Below, piece by piece: positions 55,901 to 64,000 of a stretch of 64,000 nucleotides of DNA. Source of the stretch: Planctomycetota bacterium. Lineage in GTDB: Bacteria; Planctomycetota; B15-G4; SIAN01. The position numbers and the translations under genes were made by a program. The stretch lies in the NCBI GenBank assembly GCA_016795285.1, contig JAEUIC010000029.1, positions 133,518-197,517 on the forward strand, written 5' to 3'. A model generated the notes under the pieces. The model did not search any database and was not told the origin of the DNA. It worked only from the letters and a program-made list of their open reading frames with translations. Each line of letters starts with the position of its first letter. Within the stretch, counting starts at the first letter, position 1.

Positions 55901-58900
55901 TCACTCGAAGGTGATGTCGCGCGACTCGACCTCTCCGCTACCGCCACCGTCGATCCAGACCTCCCGCAGCGTCGTCGCAACACCCGAAGCGTCGTCGGCT
56001 TGCGCCCAGAGGTGGTACGACGGAGCGCGCACCGCCACGAATTCGTAGCTGCCATCCGGTCCGGAACGAGCATGCGCTCCCTCGACGGCGACTCCCCACT
56101 CGCCGTCGTCGTCGCTGAAGCGCGCGGTGAGCATCAAGCTCGCATTCACCGCGGGGGCACCGGCCCCGCGATGCACGACGCGCCCGCGGAACACGCGCCG
56201 CGCCATGCCCTCGACTCGGTCACCCCGCACGTCCGGCACGCGCAACACGACCTCGCGCCCTCGGGGCGCCGCCGGCTGCGACGGCGAGAACCACGCCGGC
56301 GCATCGGGATCGGCTGACTTCGGGTCGCGCCGCACCGAGAGCGTGTGAACGGCCGGATCGAGGTTCTGCAGCTCGAACCGGCCGTCGGCGCCGGCCGCCA
56401 CGTGGAAGTTCGTTTCGGAATCCGCCACCGAAGCCCGCACGATCGCGCCGGCGAGCGGTGCGCCGGTGAGGCGGTCGACGACTCGACCGCGGTAGCCGAC
56501 CTCGCTGATCGGAATCTCGACGACTCCGCTCATGAGCGTTGCGAGCGGCAGCGGCAGCCTCCAATGGAAGCCGTCGGGCGCGGCCACCTCGATCCGGGTC
56601 CAGTTCGCCGCGTCCGCATCGATCGCCCCCTCGCCACCGAGGTCGTGCCACTCGCTGACGACGTACATCCCTTCGCGCGCGCGCCAACCGGTGAAGTCGG
56701 TGACCCCGTCCGCCGTGATCCGAAGGCGGATCGGTCCGGCGGGCGGCGCCGTCAGTGCGATCGCCGCCGCCTTCCCCTCGACGACGACGACCCGCTCCAG
56801 CGCTTGCGGCAACGGGACGTGCTCGTCGCGCGTGCCGTTCAACGTGACGAGGTGCAGGCCGACCTCGAGCCCCTCGAAGCGGGCGACTCCCGCGGCGTCG
56901 GTGTACTCCGCGCGTTCCTGCTGGCTCGGGCTGCGCAGGCAGACCTTCGCTTCCGAACGTGGCTCTCCGGCGGGATCGCGCACGACCACCTCGATCGTGC
57001 CGCCGCCGGCCAGATCGATCCGAAGGGGCAAGGCGAGCGGCAGCTCGACCAAGCGCAAGCAGGGCGGCGCCGCGCCCTCGACGACCTTGACCACGTACTT
57101 CCCGGGTGGGCCGTGCAGCAGGAAGGCGCCGTCGCTCCCGCTCGCGACCTCGTCGATCCGCTGCAGATCGTCGGGCCGCCACGAGAGCGGGTAGTAGGCA
57201 TTCAGCGACACCGCTGCTCCGCCCACGGGAACACCGCGCTTCAGCACGTGCCCGCGAACCTCCGGCGTTGCTCCCGCTTCGAGCTCGACCGTGCAACTCG
57301 CGCGGCGATCGGACGGCGCGATCTCGACGCTCTGCGGTGCGTGAGCCTTGGTCCAGACCGAGATGCGCAGCGGCCCCATCCTCGGAGCGCCGTAGCCCGT
57401 CGGCCGAGGGCCCGATTCGAGTTCGAGCCGCCCCCGCGGCGCATGCACCCTGCCGAAGTAGGCGACGCTGCCCGATTCCATCGAGGTGCCGAGCAGCGAG
57501 AACGACTCGATCGGGGCGCCCGATTTCGCGTCCAAGACGGTGAGGACCGGCATGCGACGAACGACCAGCAGCGCCGGTGCGCCCCCCTCGTCCGGCCGCA
57601 ACTGCGGCGAGCTGTGCCAAGTCCTCCCGCTGCGCTCCTCGCGGCGCTCGACGATCTCGAAACCTGGCGTCACGCAGTCGACCTGCACGCACGCCGCCCC
57701 GATCGACGCTGCGAAGGCGCCGCCTTCATCGGTATCGATGAGCCACGGGCCGGCGCGACGGGCGCGCCGCTGCTCGAATGGCGTCGTGCTCGCATTCGGT
57801 GTCCGTTCTGCCGAACTCGCCATCAACCGCAGTCGAACCGGTTCACGGACCGGCTCTCCCGCCTCGTCCACCAAGTAGCCCTCGATCTCGCCGAGCCGCT
57901 CGAGCGCGATCGAAACCTCGGGCGCGCCCTTCCCCGCGGAAGTAGCGGAGCGCGAGGCGTCGTTCCCCGACTCGATCGGCACCACCACCACCTGCCGCTC
58001 GAAGTCGGCGTGACTCACCACGAGGACGCCGTTCGAACGCGACAGCGACAACGCGAACCGGCCCTCCGCATCCGTCTGTGCTCGCGCGAGCGGCACGCTC
58101 GCCGGGTCGGGCGGCGCGCAGACCTCGACCAGCGCCCCGTCGCGCCAAGCGTTCTCCGGCAGCGGCAGCACGATCCGCGGCCAGCCCGCGGCGAAGTGGA
58201 GCTGCCCGACGCAACGGAGGTTCCCGTGGGCGTAGTCCCCGAAGCGGCGCGTCGCGTCGTCGAGCGTCAGCTGGAGCGGAGCGAAGAACTCGATCGTGAC
58301 GCCTGGCAGCGGTCGGGAGGTGGTTGCCTCGATGACGTCGCCTCGGATCTCGGCGACCATCGCTGCTGCCGACGGATCTGGCGGACGCGGCGCATGCTGG
58401 CTCGCCTCGCGGAGCGCGGTCGGCGACACCGTCCCTCCCGATGGCGCGACCTCATCGTCGAGCCGGGCGACCGCCTCCGTCGGCGTCGACGGCGTGATCG
58501 GCGAGTCGACCGGCTCGGCGCGCTTGCCGTTCGAGTCGCTCCACCAGAGCGCGCCCGCGCCTGCTGCCACCAGGAGCACGGCGCCAACGAGTCCCTTCTT
58601 CATCGCCATCCAGCTCCCGATCGTGATGACCGACCCCGCCGCGACTCCCGACGCGACCCCTACCGCCGCCTCGCTCGCTGCGTCGACGACCGACGCGCGG
58701 ACCGCCGCGAGCCCGCGCCCCAACTCGGAAAGCAAGGACGGCGCGACGAGGGACGCCATGGAGCAGCTGCGCGGCAGCCGCTGGCGCAACTGCTCGAGGG
58801 CGCGATGGAGCTGAACGCGGACGCTGCCGGGGCTGCGACCGAGCGCGCGCGCAATCTCCGCCGGCTTCAGCTGGTGCCGCAGCGTGAGGATCGCCACCTC

Positions 58901-59311
58901 GCGATAGGGCTCCGCCAGCCGATCGAGCTCGCGCTGGACGATCCCGTCGAGTTCTCGCAGTCCCGCCGCCGCGACGACCCCGCCTCCCGATGCGACCGGT
59001 TCGAGCGCCGGCAGCGCTTCCAGATCGCCCGCACGCACGACCCGACGACGTGCGTTGCGGGAGTGGTTGGCGAGGATGCCGAGCAGCCACGGCAGGACAG
59101 GTCGACTCGCGTCGAAGCGACTCCACCGCTCGATCGCGGTGACGAAGGTCTGCTGGACCAAGTCCTCGGCACTCGCGAGGTCGCGCGCCACGTGGCAAGC
59201 GACTCGCAGCAGGGTGGGGGCCGTGCGATCGAACAGCTCCGCCATCGCAGCGGATGCGCCACTGCGGCGAGCGTCGACGAACAGCTCCTCGAGCGATCGA
59301 TCACCAGCCAT
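55901..59311 (-). CDS. ECF sigma factor / TM / extracytoplasmic carboxypeptidase-regulatory-like repeat fusion protein (paralog of 23097..26594)
   Basis: Region 2 (AEDLVQQTFVTAIERWSRFD). Region 4 HTH (YREVAILTLRHQLKPAEIARALGRSPGSVRVQLHRALEQLRQRL). TM (MKKGLVGAVLLVAAGAGALWW). Then an exported domain of about 850 aa containing GRVVDxxTGAPLAGA...ADGRFEL units. 1136 aa. Confidence 0.8.
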   Translation of the reverse strand: MAGDRSLEELFVDARRSGASAAMAELFDRTAPTLLRVACHVARDLASAEDLVQQTFVTAIERWSRFDASRPVLPWLLGILANHSRNARRRVVRAGDLEALPALEPVASGGGVVAAAGLRELDGIVQRELDRLAEPYREVAILTLRHQLKPAEIARALGRSPGSVRVQLHRALEQLRQRLPRSCSMASLVAPSLLSELGRGLAAVRASVVDAASEAAVGVASGVAAGSVITIGSWMAMKKGLVGAVLLVAAGAGALWWSDSNGKRAEPVDSPITPSTPTEAVARLDDEVAPSGGTVSPTALREASQHAPRPPDPSAAAMVAEIRGDVIEATTSRPLPGVTIEFFAPLQLTLDDATRRFGDYAHGNLRCVGQLHFAAGWPRIVLPLPENAWRDGALVEVCAPPDPASVPLARAQTDAEGRFALSLSRSNGVLVVSHADFERQVVVVPIESGNDASRSATSAGKGAPEVSIALERLGEIEGYLVDEAGEPVREPVRLRLMASSAERTPNASTTPFEQRRARRAGPWLIDTDEGGAFAASIGAACVQVDCVTPGFEIVERREERSGRTWHSSPQLRPDEGGAPALLVVRRMPVLTVLDAKSGAPIESFSLLGTSMESGSVAYFGRVHAPRGRLELESGPRPTGYGAPRMGPLRISVWTKAHAPQSVEIAPSDRRASCTVELEAGATPEVRGHVLKRGVPVGGAAVSLNAYYPLSWRPDDLQRIDEVASGSDGAFLLHGPPGKYVVKVVEGAAPPCLRLVELPLALPLRIDLAGGGTIEVVVRDPAGEPRSEAKVCLRSPSQQERAEYTDAAGVARFEGLEVGLHLVTLNGTRDEHVPLPQALERVVVVEGKAAAIALTAPPAGPIRLRITADGVTDFTGWRAREGMYVVSEWHDLGGEGAIDADAANWTRIEVAAPDGFHWRLPLPLATLMSGVVEIPISEVGYRGRVVDRLTGAPLAGAIVRASVADSETNFHVAAGADGRFELQNLDPAVHTLSVRRDPKSADPDAPAWFSPSQPAAPRGREVVLRVPDVRGDRVEGMARRVFRGRVVHRGAGAPAVNASLMLTARFSDDDGEWGVAVEGAHARSGPDGSYEFVAVRAPSYHLWAQADDASGVATTLREVWIDGGGSGEVESRDITFE

Positions 59312-59382
59312 GCCGGCTGATTGTCGCCTGCACTTCGTTCGTTACGGGCCGACCGAAACTCCCGCGATCGCCCGTCGACCGA

Positions 59383-60363
59383 TCACGGCGGCAACGCGCC
59401 GAAGCCCCGCCGTCGCATCCGCTCGGGAAGCGGCGCCGGCGCCACGAACCAGCGGTAGCCGTAGACGTCGCTGAAGTAGAGGCGGTCGCGGCGCTCCTCG
59501 ACGAAGCGGCGCAGCGCGGCCGCCTCGCGCGGGGCGTCGGGCGGCAGGTAGCGCTCGATCAGGACGCGGGCGAGGTCGCCGTCGGGCACCTCGCTCGACA
59601 GCGTCTTCTGCAGCGCGACCAGGCCGGGCGCGTCACGCGGCTCGCTCAAGAGCCAGTCGATCTGCGCGAAGAGCTCCGGACTGCGGTTGCCGACGCCGAG
59701 GTGGAAGAGGAGCGGATCGACGATCAGCCGCACCGTCTGGTAGGTGCGCTCGCCCTCCTCGACCGTCACCGTCGTCGGGTGGAGCTGCTCCAGGTTCTCG
59801 AGGTACCACTCGAGCAGCCGCGCCGGCTCCTCCTCGCACTCGGCGAAGACCTCGGGGATGAACTCGGCGCGCAGCCAGCTCATCACCTGCGGCTGCGACT
59901 TGTACTCGTCGAGGATGGCGATGCGGTCGAGGATCGACTCGCGTGCCGGTCGGCGCACCGTCGGCAAGTCGGCCTGCGGCAGCTGCCCGTCGAACTGGTC
60001 CATCCAGACCAGCGTGTTCAAGAAGACCTGGCGGGCGCTCGGCGTCATCTGGGTCGGATCGCCGGCGAACCCCCACAGGAACCAGTTGCCGTGGCGGCCG
60101 AGCGCCACCGAGTTCGGCCCCTTCGAGTTGGTGCCGGAGGAGATCACCTCGGCGTCGGGCGTGTCCTCGAAGCCGAGCGGATCGGAGACGAGTCCGTAGT
60201 CGACCGTCTTGCCGAGCTCCCCCTCCTGCACCTTCCACGCCTCGAGCGTCGCCGGCAGCTCGCGCCCCGCGTGCCAGTGGCGGTAGCCCTCCGGCGTCGC
60301 CATCGCGAACGTCTCGAGGGTCGGGACGAGCGGGCCGCGGAAGATCGGATGGTCGAGGCGCAT
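59383..60363 (-). CDS. Hypothetical protein, probably co-transcribed upstream of ECF-fusion gene 55901..59311
   Basis: 326 aa, varied composition, high GC3. The overlapping 529-aa ORF on the plus strand is Arg-rich and is rejected. Confidence 0.5.
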   Translation of the reverse strand: MRLDHPIFRGPLVPTLETFAMATPEGYRHWHAGRELPATLEAWKVQEGELGKTVDYGLVSDPLGFEDTPDAEVISSGTNSKGPNSVALGRHGNWFLWGFAGDPTQMTPSARQVFLNTLVWMDQFDGQLPQADLPTVRRPARESILDRIAILDEYKSQPQVMSWLRAEFIPEVFAECEEEPARLLEWYLENLEQLHPTTVTVEEGERTYQTVRLIVDPLLFHLGVGNRSPELFAQIDWLLSEPRDAPGLVALQKTLSSEVPDGDLARVLIERYLPPDAPREAAALRRFVEERRDRLYFSDVYGYRWFVAPAPLPERMRRRGFGALPP

Positions 60364-60390
60364 CCCGTGCGCCTCATGGCCGAGGCAGAG

Positions 60391-60828
60391 TCAGAGCCAG
60401 TCGAGCTTCGTGTGGTGCTGCGCGCTGCCACCCATCGCGCCGAGCATCACGATCGGCTTGCTGAAGTCGGAACCGAGCCGGCACTCGGCCTGGTCGATCG
60501 ACGGGTTCTGCGCGTCCATCGGGTAGAGGCGCTTGCCGTCGCACACCACGACATCGAAAGGCGCCGCCGCCGCCGCATCGAGCTTCGTCACGTCCTGCGC
60601 CGCGAAGCCGTCGAAATGGGCGCCGAGGAAGGCGCTGAACGCGGCGAAGCGCGGCGTGTCGGGCACGCCGGCGTAGAGCACCTTGAGCGCGCGATGGGAG
60701 CCGAGTGGGTAGAGCTCGACTGCTGCCGCGCTCGACGCTGCAGCAGCGCGCGGCGGCGCCTCCTGCGGCCACGGCAACAGCGCGAACGCCGCGACTCCGA
60801 AGCGGACGAAGCGCTGCTCGATCGCCAT
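60391..60828 (-). CDS. Secreted hypothetical protein
   Basis: Signal at MAIEQRFVRFGVAAFALLPWPQEAPP. The ORF-track extension to 60987 is Arg-rich and is rejected. Confidence 0.45.
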   Translation of the reverse strand: MAIEQRFVRFGVAAFALLPWPQEAPPRAAAASSAAAVELYPLGSHRALKVLYAGVPDTPRFAAFSAFLGAHFDGFAAQDVTKLDAAAAAPFDVVVCDGKRLYPMDAQNPSIDQAECRLGSDFSKPIVMLGAMGGSAQHHTKLDWL

Positions 60829-60899
60829 CGCGGAGCTCCATGAAGATTGCGCGCAGACGCGGAGCGGGAGGATACGAACGCGCGGCGCGCGGCGTTTAC

Positions 60900-61224
60900 A
60901 TGGCTCCCATGGCGCTCCCGCTGCTGCTGCTCCCCGGCCTCGACGGCACCTCGATCTTCTTCGAGCCGCTGCAGGCCGCGCTGCCACCGACGCTCGAGCC
61001 GCGCGTCGTCACCTACCCGCGCGACGGCCGCCAGGATTACGACGCGCTCCTGCCGATCGCGCGAGATCGCCGAGCTGCGCCCCGACACCGAGTTCGCGAC
61101 GCTGACCGGCACCCACCTCGCGCTCTTCACCGAGGCGCCGCGCGCCGCCGAGCTGCTGGCCCGATTCGCGGCGCGGATCGCCGCACCGGCGGCCGTGGGC
61201 GCCCCCCCGGGTGGCGCCGGATGA
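60900..61224 (+). pseudogene. Alpha/beta-hydrolase gene remnant: N-terminal about 60 codons and C-terminal about 45 codons joined out of frame, with the catalytic core deleted
   Basis: Frame A reads MAPMALPLLLLPGLDGTSIFFEPLQAALPPTLEPRVVTYPRDGRQDYDALLPIAR (typical hydrolase N-terminus). Frame B continues REIAELRPDTEFATLTGTHLALFTEAPRAAELLARFAARIAAP (typical hydrolase C-terminus). The junction is at ...ctgccgatcgcgcgagatcgccgag... Confidence 0.4.
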
Positions 61225-61286
61225 CGTGATCGGCCGCTCTTTTCCGTTCTTCCGAGGCGGCGGGAGGGCGGCATCGGCGCGGATCG

Positions 61287-62639
61287 GTGCTACATCCCTG
61301 CCACGAAGGAGCGACAGCAGGGAGAGGGCTCGTCGCAGTGGAAGGGATCGCCGTGTCGTCGCGCCGCGCCCCGGCCGTGGGGCGCAGCGGCTGGATCGTC
61401 GCGCAGCTCGCGCTGGCCGTCGCGGCGGCGCTGCTGTTGCGGGCGGTCAGCCCCGAGCTCGCCACCGTGATGGTGGCGTGCGGCGCCGCGTTCCTGCTGC
61501 AGGCGCACGCCCCCGCCGCCTGGCGCGATCGCCTCCTGCTGGCCGCATCGCTGGTCGGCGGCGCGCTGATCGTCGCTCGCGCGCAGGTGGTCACCGGCCA
61601 TTTCACGCGCGCGCTCCTCACCGCGTCGCTCTTCGTGGTGCTGCTGGTCGCGCTGGCGCTGCTCTTCCTCTGGGTGCTGCGCTGGAAGTGCGCGGCGAAG
61701 TGGCGCGCCGCAGCGTTGCTGGCCATCGCCGCTGCGCTGGCCGTGGCGCGCAGCCAGGGCGAATTGCTGGCCGAGCCGCAGTGGCAGCTGGTCGGCGCGC
61801 TCTTCATGTTCCGGCTGCTCGTCTACGCCTACGACGTGCTGTCGGGCAAGCGGCAGGAGCGCTGGATCGACGGGTTGAACTACCTCTTCCAGCTGCCCGC
61901 CTTCCACTTCCTGCTCTTCCCGGTGGTCGACTACGCCACCTTCAAGCGCAGCCGCGCCGCCGATCCGTGGGCCTGCGCGCAACGCGGCATCGCCTGGATC
62001 ACGCGCGGGCTGCTGCAGCTCGCCGTCTACCGGCTGCTCTACCACCGCATCGCGGTCAGCCCCGACGAGGTCGACTCGCCCTGGATGCTGCTGCGCTACG
62101 TGCTGCCCGCCTACCTGATGTACACCAACGTCTCGGGGCAGTTCCACCTGATCGTCGGCCTGCTCCACCTGCAGGGCTGGCAGCTGCCCGAGACGAACCG
62201 GCAGTGGCTGCTCGCCGACTCGTTCACCGACTTCTGGCGACGCATCAACCTCTACTGGAAGGAGTTCATGGTCCGGGTCTTCTGGTACCCGGCCTGGTTC
62301 CGGCTGCGGAAAAGCGGCGAGCGGCGCGCCACCATCGTCGCGACGATCCTCGTCTTCGTCGCCACCACGCTGCTCCACAGCTGGCAGACCTTCTGGCTGC
62401 GCGGCGACTTCGCGCTGACGCCGCAGGACCTGGTCTTCTGGGGCTTCCTCGGGACGGCGGTGCTGATCGGCGTGCTGCGCGAGCAGGCCGGCCCGAAGGC
62501 CGCTGCCAAGCCGACCGGCTGGCGGCGCGGGCTCGCCATCGCGCGCGTCGCGCTGACCATGACGCTGCTCTGGTCGATGTGGAGCAGCGCCTCGCTCGGC
62601 GACTGGTTCGCCACGCTCGCCTGGTGGAATCGCGCATGA
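61287..62639 (+). CDS. MBOAT-family (AlgI/DltB/PatA-like) membrane O-acyltransferase homolog (start may lie downstream of 61287)
   Basis: Multi-TM protein of about 450 aa with a DFWRRINLYW segment. This corresponds to the MBOAT (F)WRRWH(I/M)SLS block, but Ile-Asn occupies the Trp-His positions. Confidence 0.6.
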   Translation: MLHPCHEGATAGRGLVAVEGIAVSSRRAPAVGRSGWIVAQLALAVAAALLLRAVSPELATVMVACGAAFLLQAHAPAAWRDRLLLAASLVGGALIVARAQVVTGHFTRALLTASLFVVLLVALALLFLWVLRWKCAAKWRAAALLAIAAALAVARSQGELLAEPQWQLVGALFMFRLLVYAYDVLSGKRQERWIDGLNYLFQLPAFHFLLFPVVDYATFKRSRAADPWACAQRGIAWITRGLLQLAVYRLLYHRIAVSPDEVDSPWMLLRYVLPAYLMYTNVSGQFHLIVGLLHLQGWQLPETNRQWLLADSFTDFWRRINLYWKEFMVRVFWYPAWFRLRKSGERRATIVATILVFVATTLLHSWQTFWLRGDFALTPQDLVFWGFLGTAVLIGVLREQAGPKAAAKPTGWRRGLAIARVALTMTLLWSMWSSASLGDWFATLAWWNRA

Positions 62640-63847
62640 GCGACGCCGCGAAACCGCCGCTGCCGCGCGCGGCACCCGCCGCCCCGCCGCCGCGCCCCGC
62701 TTGGCATCCCGAGCGGCTCGGCTCCGCGCTGCTGCTCTCCGCGCTGGTCGCGTTCCTCGCGCTCGGGCAGGCGGGCCACCTCGGCCGGCCGATGAAGCGG
62801 CTCGCCGACGACCTGCGCAACGACGGCCCGAACGCGGCCGACAGCGGCCACCTCACGCGCGACTACTACCGCGGGCTGCTCGGCGACGCGGGCGGCGTGA
62901 GCAAGGGGATCCCGGAACGGCTGTCGCGCTGGCTGCTCGGGCTCGGCCACGAGGCGGAGGTGCGCAGCGACACCTTCGCGACCTCGCCGATCGCGCGGCC
63001 GGGCGAGGCGTTCCCGCTGCGCGAGCTCGCGCCCGGCACCAGCGCCGAGCTGGCCGGCACGCGCGTCACCGTCAACTCGCACGGCATGCGCGACGACGAG
63101 TGCGCCGTGGAGACGCCGGCCGGCGCGCTGCGCCTCGCGCTGATCGGCGCGTCGAACGACATGGGCTGGGGCGTGCGCCACGAGGAGACGTGGGCGACGC
63201 GGCTCGAGGCGCTGCTCGGCGCGAAGCGCGGCACGCCGGTCGAGGTGCTGAACTTCGCCGTGCCGTCGTTCACGCTGCTGGAGCAGCTCTGGACCATCGA
63301 GGAGCGCATCGTCCGCTTCGCGCCGCGCCTGCTCCTCTTCACGGTGACGCTGCCCGAGCTGCGCAACGAGCTGATCGGCCGCCTCGCCACGCGCGTCCGC
63401 TCCGGCCGCGACCTCGGCTACGACTTCGTCCGCGCGATCGTCGCCGAGTCGGGCGCGCAGCGCGACGACCACATCGACGTCGTACAGCGGAAGCTCCGCC
63501 CCTACACCGAGGCGCTGGTCGACGGCGTCTTCGCCGAGCTGGTCAAGGTGAGCCGCGCGCGCGGCCTGCCGATCGCCGTCGTCGTCCTCAAGCTCGAGCC
63601 GGGCGGCGAGGTGGCGCGGCAGCTGCGCTGGTCGGCCGACGCCGCCGAGCGCGTCGGCCTGCCGGTGATCCGCGCCTTCGATGCGTGCCGCGAGCTGAGC
63701 TCGCACGAGCTCTACGTCGATCCGCGCTCCGATCACCACCCGGGCGTCGCCGCGCACGCCGCGCTGGCCGCCGAGATCGCGACGGCGCTGGACGCGCAGT
63801 CGGCGCTGCGCGCGGCGCTCGGCAAGACGGCGCTGCCGACCGATTGA
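62636..63847 (+). CDS. SGNH/GDSL-like hydrolase or AlgX/AlgJ/PatB-like O-acetyltransferase partner, translationally coupled (ATGA) to the MBOAT gene
   Basis: N-terminal signal/anchor (LLLSALVAFLALGQA). Block-I-like LALIGASNDMGWGV. The overall pairing with an MBOAT is typical of two-component O-acetylation systems. Confidence 0.5.
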   Translation: MSDAAKPPLPRAAPAAPPPRPAWHPERLGSALLLSALVAFLALGQAGHLGRPMKRLADDLRNDGPNAADSGHLTRDYYRGLLGDAGGVSKGIPERLSRWLLGLGHEAEVRSDTFATSPIARPGEAFPLRELAPGTSAELAGTRVTVNSHGMRDDECAVETPAGALRLALIGASNDMGWGVRHEETWATRLEALLGAKRGTPVEVLNFAVPSFTLLEQLWTIEERIVRFAPRLLLFTVTLPELRNELIGRLATRVRSGRDLGYDFVRAIVAESGAQRDDHIDVVQRKLRPYTEALVDGVFAELVKVSRARGLPIAVVVLKLEPGGEVARQLRWSADAAERVGLPVIRAFDACRELSSHELYVDPRSDHHPGVAAHAALAAEIATALDAQSALRAALGKTALPTD

Positions 63848-63880
63848 GGCGCGGACGCGGTGCCGCCCCCACCGCCCCGC

Positions 63881-64000
63881 TCAGTACCCCGCCGCGCAGC
63901 CGTCCTTGCGGCTCTCGCTGGCGCCGCGCCAGACGCCGTGCTTGGCGTCCCACTCGATCGCCTGGTAGCCGCCGAAGCCGCCGCGATCGTCCTTCAGCAC
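63881..64000 (-). CDS. ggt: Gamma-glutamyltransferase, extreme C-terminus (gene continues beyond the window end)
   Basis: Reverse-strand translation reads VLKDDRGGFGGYQAIEWDAKHGVWRGASESRKDGCAAGY*, matching the conserved GGT C-terminal block (...GGYQAI...ASDPRKDG.A.GY). Confidence 0.7.
   Translation of the reverse strand: MLKDDRGGFGGYQAIEWDAKHGVWRGASESRKDGCAAGY

Noticed and set aside
59345-59380. Single degenerate GACCGAAACTCCCGCG motif upstream of sigma-fusion gene 55901..59311 resembling the tandem-repeat core
   Set aside because: It is one copy with about 16/20 identity and opposite orientation relative to the TonB-receptor array. That is too weak to call.

Overview
This is a very GC-rich bacterial chromosomal segment (about 70% or higher by eye; no RNA genes, CRISPR array or IS element detected). 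I could support about 42 protein-coding genes. The ORF track contains many long Arg/Ala-rich antisense and alternate-frame ORFs typical of high-GC DNA, and I rejected those.

Gene content points to a large-genome environmental lineage, with domain fusions typical of Planctomycetota, Verrucomicrobiota or Myxococcota; the lineage cannot be fixed from sequence alone. The supporting elements are:
- three paralogous ECF-sigma-factor / transmembrane / carboxypeptidase-regulatory-like fusion proteins
- a giant PVC-type dehydrogenase / HEAT / cytochrome c / DUF1080 protein
- a Ser/Thr kinase fused to an FGE-sulfatase domain
- an HTTM domain protein
- two Tat-signal redox enzymes
- a 2930-aa VIT-vWA-TPR protein

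The observations most worth a second look are:
- a two-gene module at 39.8-42.2 kb, apparently lower in GC, made of a GIY-YIG/DUF4357-like nuclease and a frameshifted Schlafen/AlbA_2-HATPase_c_4 ATPase; it looks like a horizontally acquired defence-type island
- two previously unannotated intergenic repeat families: arrays of about 26-bp tandem direct repeats (core GGTGSCGGGGAGTTTCC and variants) that flank a TonB-dependent receptor gene and sit immediately upstream of a DinB-family gene, and a roughly 35-bp REP-like element (CCGGGAGCGTTCCGCCGCCG...ATCCGCACC) at five gene 3' ends, once as a large palindrome
- a sigma-factor fusion family that may represent single-polypeptide sigma/anti-sigma signalling proteins
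- an MBOAT/SGNH pair in which the MBOAT catalytic His appears to be replaced

Two decayed genes are also present: a frameshifted ATPase and an alpha/beta-hydrolase remnant with an internal deletion.
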